Shown here in pieces: positions 62,490 to 64,000 of a DNA stretch of 64,000 nucleotides. The stretch comes from Cladosporium halotolerans (lineage: Eukaryota): NCBI RefSeq assembly GCF_011745625.1, contig NW_027191452.1:930001-994000 (forward strand), written 5' to 3'. Made by a program: the position numbers and the translations under genes. The first letter of the stretch is position 1. Each line of letters opens with the position of its first letter. Under the pieces are notes generated by a model. It did not search any database. It saw only the letters and a program-made list of their open reading frames with translations, and was not told the origin of the DNA.

Positions 62490-62522
62490 AAACTGACCGC
62501 AAACTGACCGCAAACTGACCGC
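62490..62522 (-). promoter_or_regulatory. (AAACTGACCGC)3, giving two overlapping CGG-N8-CGG AmyR-type sites
   Basis: The minus strand reads CGG-TCAGTTTG-CGG-TCAGTTTG-CGG, ~870 bp upstream of the alpha-amylase ATG. Confidence 0.5.
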
Positions 62523-63393
62523 CTCACGCGAATGTCACTTCATGGCCCTCCCTCCCTCCCTCTCTCTCTCTGATCCTCTTGCCGCTCAGGCGTTCAGGCA
62601 CACGCGCTGCAAAGGGTACGGAGTAGCGGAGCTCAACAGGCTGGGGTTGGGCTCCTGAGTTCCTGACTCGTCTGATGCACCCACTCTCGCCGACCACTCG
62701 CGTCGAGCTGTCACATGTACATGCCAATAAATGTGAGGCGGCTCGCTTCCGTGTGGAGTCGAAAACCACACAAGCCTCACGCGGTTTCCGTGCCCAGCCG
62801 CCGCATCCGACTCCGGTCGGATAGTAGCAAAGAGGATTGAGCGGCTCGGACTGCACATGCCGGAATGACAGCGCAAGGGCGTCTCGACCAAAGCCACCGT
62901 CGAGACAGGAATCCCACAGGCACCGCCGTCGTGCGTGCACGCAGCCGTTCAAGTGACGGGGACAAGGCGCTCGGGGAGATTGCCGAGTCGAAACGGCCAT
63001 CCCGACAGGCCAGGACACCCCAGCCGGGCGTTCGAAGTCTGTCGCCTTGCCCCAGTCATTCTCGCCACCAGCCAGTCTGTGCGCGGAAGGCGAGATCGGG
63101 ACCAAACGGCAGACTCTGCCACCACCCTTGGAGCCGCATGTACTTAATCACGGCGCAATTCGACCAATTGTTCTAGCGAGGGTCAATAAATTGCCGACTG
63201 CCCGCGGCCCTATCCAGTCCCCGAGCCGAGCTTCTTTGCTACACGACAGTTGTGCCTGGCGCGCGCCTTAAGGCCGGACTAGCCCCAGCACTTAATTTTG
63301 ACAAGCCGTCTAAGAATAGTTCCGAGAGGCATGCTTAAACGTCACTCTTCCCTCTGTTTGCTGCAACTCTAGTCGCCAGCTCTCACCGCGACA

Positions 63394-64000
63394 ATGTTAC
63401 GCCCGGCGTCGTTCTGCCTCGCGGCAGTGCTCCTCTCGGTCTTCACCCTCACACATGCAGCACACGAGGACGTATGGCGGGGCCGCACAATCTACCAGGT
63501 CTTGACCGACCGCTTCGGTCTCGCCAATGGCACAGAGGTGGCGAAATGCGACCCGACTTTGGGTGTGCATTGCGGTGGAACGTGGAAGGGAATCACGGAA
63601 CATCTGGATTATATTCAGGGCATGAACTTCGACGCTATCTGGATCTCGCCTATCGTCGCACAGATGTCGGCATGGACAGGTGACGGTGATGCGTACGCTG
63701 GATACTGGCAAAACGACATCTACGAAATCAACCTGTCTTTTGGCAGTGAAGAAGACCTCCGTGAGCTCATCGATGAGATTCACCGCCGCGGCATGCTGCT
63801 CATGCTTGACGTCGTGGTAAACCACATGGCTGCTCAAGGGCCTTTGGAGGATCTGGACTATTCCAAGCTGCGTCCCTTTAACGATCCGAAGTATTACCAC
63901 TCATACTGCCCGAATCACTACCAATGGACGGAGCTCCAGAACAGCCAAGATTGCTGGCTTGGCAGCAACGAAACGATGTTAGTGGATTTGGACACCGAGA
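63394..64000 (+). CDS. Secreted GH13 (Taka-type) alpha-amylase, 3'-truncated
   Basis: Own translation: MLRPASFCLAAVLLSV..IYQVLTDRF..CGGTWKGI..LDYIQGMNFDAIWISP..YAGYW..MLDVVVNH..DLDTE; open to the window end. Confidence 0.95.
   Translation, partial: MLRPASFCLAAVLLSVFTLTHAAHEDVWRGRTIYQVLTDRFGLANGTEVAKCDPTLGVHCGGTWKGITEHLDYIQGMNFDAIWISPIVAQMSAWTGDGDAYAGYWQNDIYEINLSFGSEEDLRELIDEIHRRGMLLMLDVVVNHMAAQGPLEDLDYSKLRPFNDPKYYHSYCPNHYQWTELQNSQDCWLGSNETMLVDLDTE

Noticed and set aside
62546..62571. (CCCT)n(CT)n tract
   Set aside because: An ordinary promoter microsatellite.
43708..64000. agdA-amyR-amyA starch cluster
   Set aside because: GH31 and GH13 are ~17 kb apart, separated by housekeeping genes. 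There is no Zn2Cys6 gene, and I saw no CGG-N8-CGG in the proximal GH31 promoter.

Overview
This is eukaryotic DNA from a filamentous ascomycete. It has short GT-AG introns with CTRAC/CTAAC branch sites, GC3-rich coding and a RIP-like AT island; Dothideomycete affinity is my impression only. About 20 protein genes are supported: tricalbin (5'-truncated), UGP1, a stand-alone tandem dihydroneopterin aldolase, STI1, an EDEM/Mnl1 GH47, a coiled-coil protein, a CAAX-ended beta-propeller protein, MsrA, an MDR-oxidoreductase::SfnG-type flavin monooxygenase fusion, an MFS sugar porter, a Pro/Arg-rich conserved protein, a secreted PchP-like phosphorylcholine phosphatase, a GH31 alpha-glucosidase, DLD1, an LAA2-like protein, NSP1, WC-2, RAD50 and a GH13 alpha-amylase (3'-truncated). 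The best candidate for an undescribed system is the intron-containing fusion of an NADPH-type MDR domain to a bacterial dimethylsulfone monooxygenase (SfnG)-like domain, tail-to-tail with MsrA, which may form a self-sufficient fungal DMSO/DMSO2 sulfur-scavenging module. Other oddities are a ~14-copy, 131-bp RIP-eroded satellite flanked by gene relics and a 79-nt hairpin, a frame-preserving triple repeat behind DLD1, and an 11-bp triplication that creates tandem AmyR-type CGG-N8-CGG sites upstream of the amylase. All family calls come from motif recognition by eye; no database search was run.
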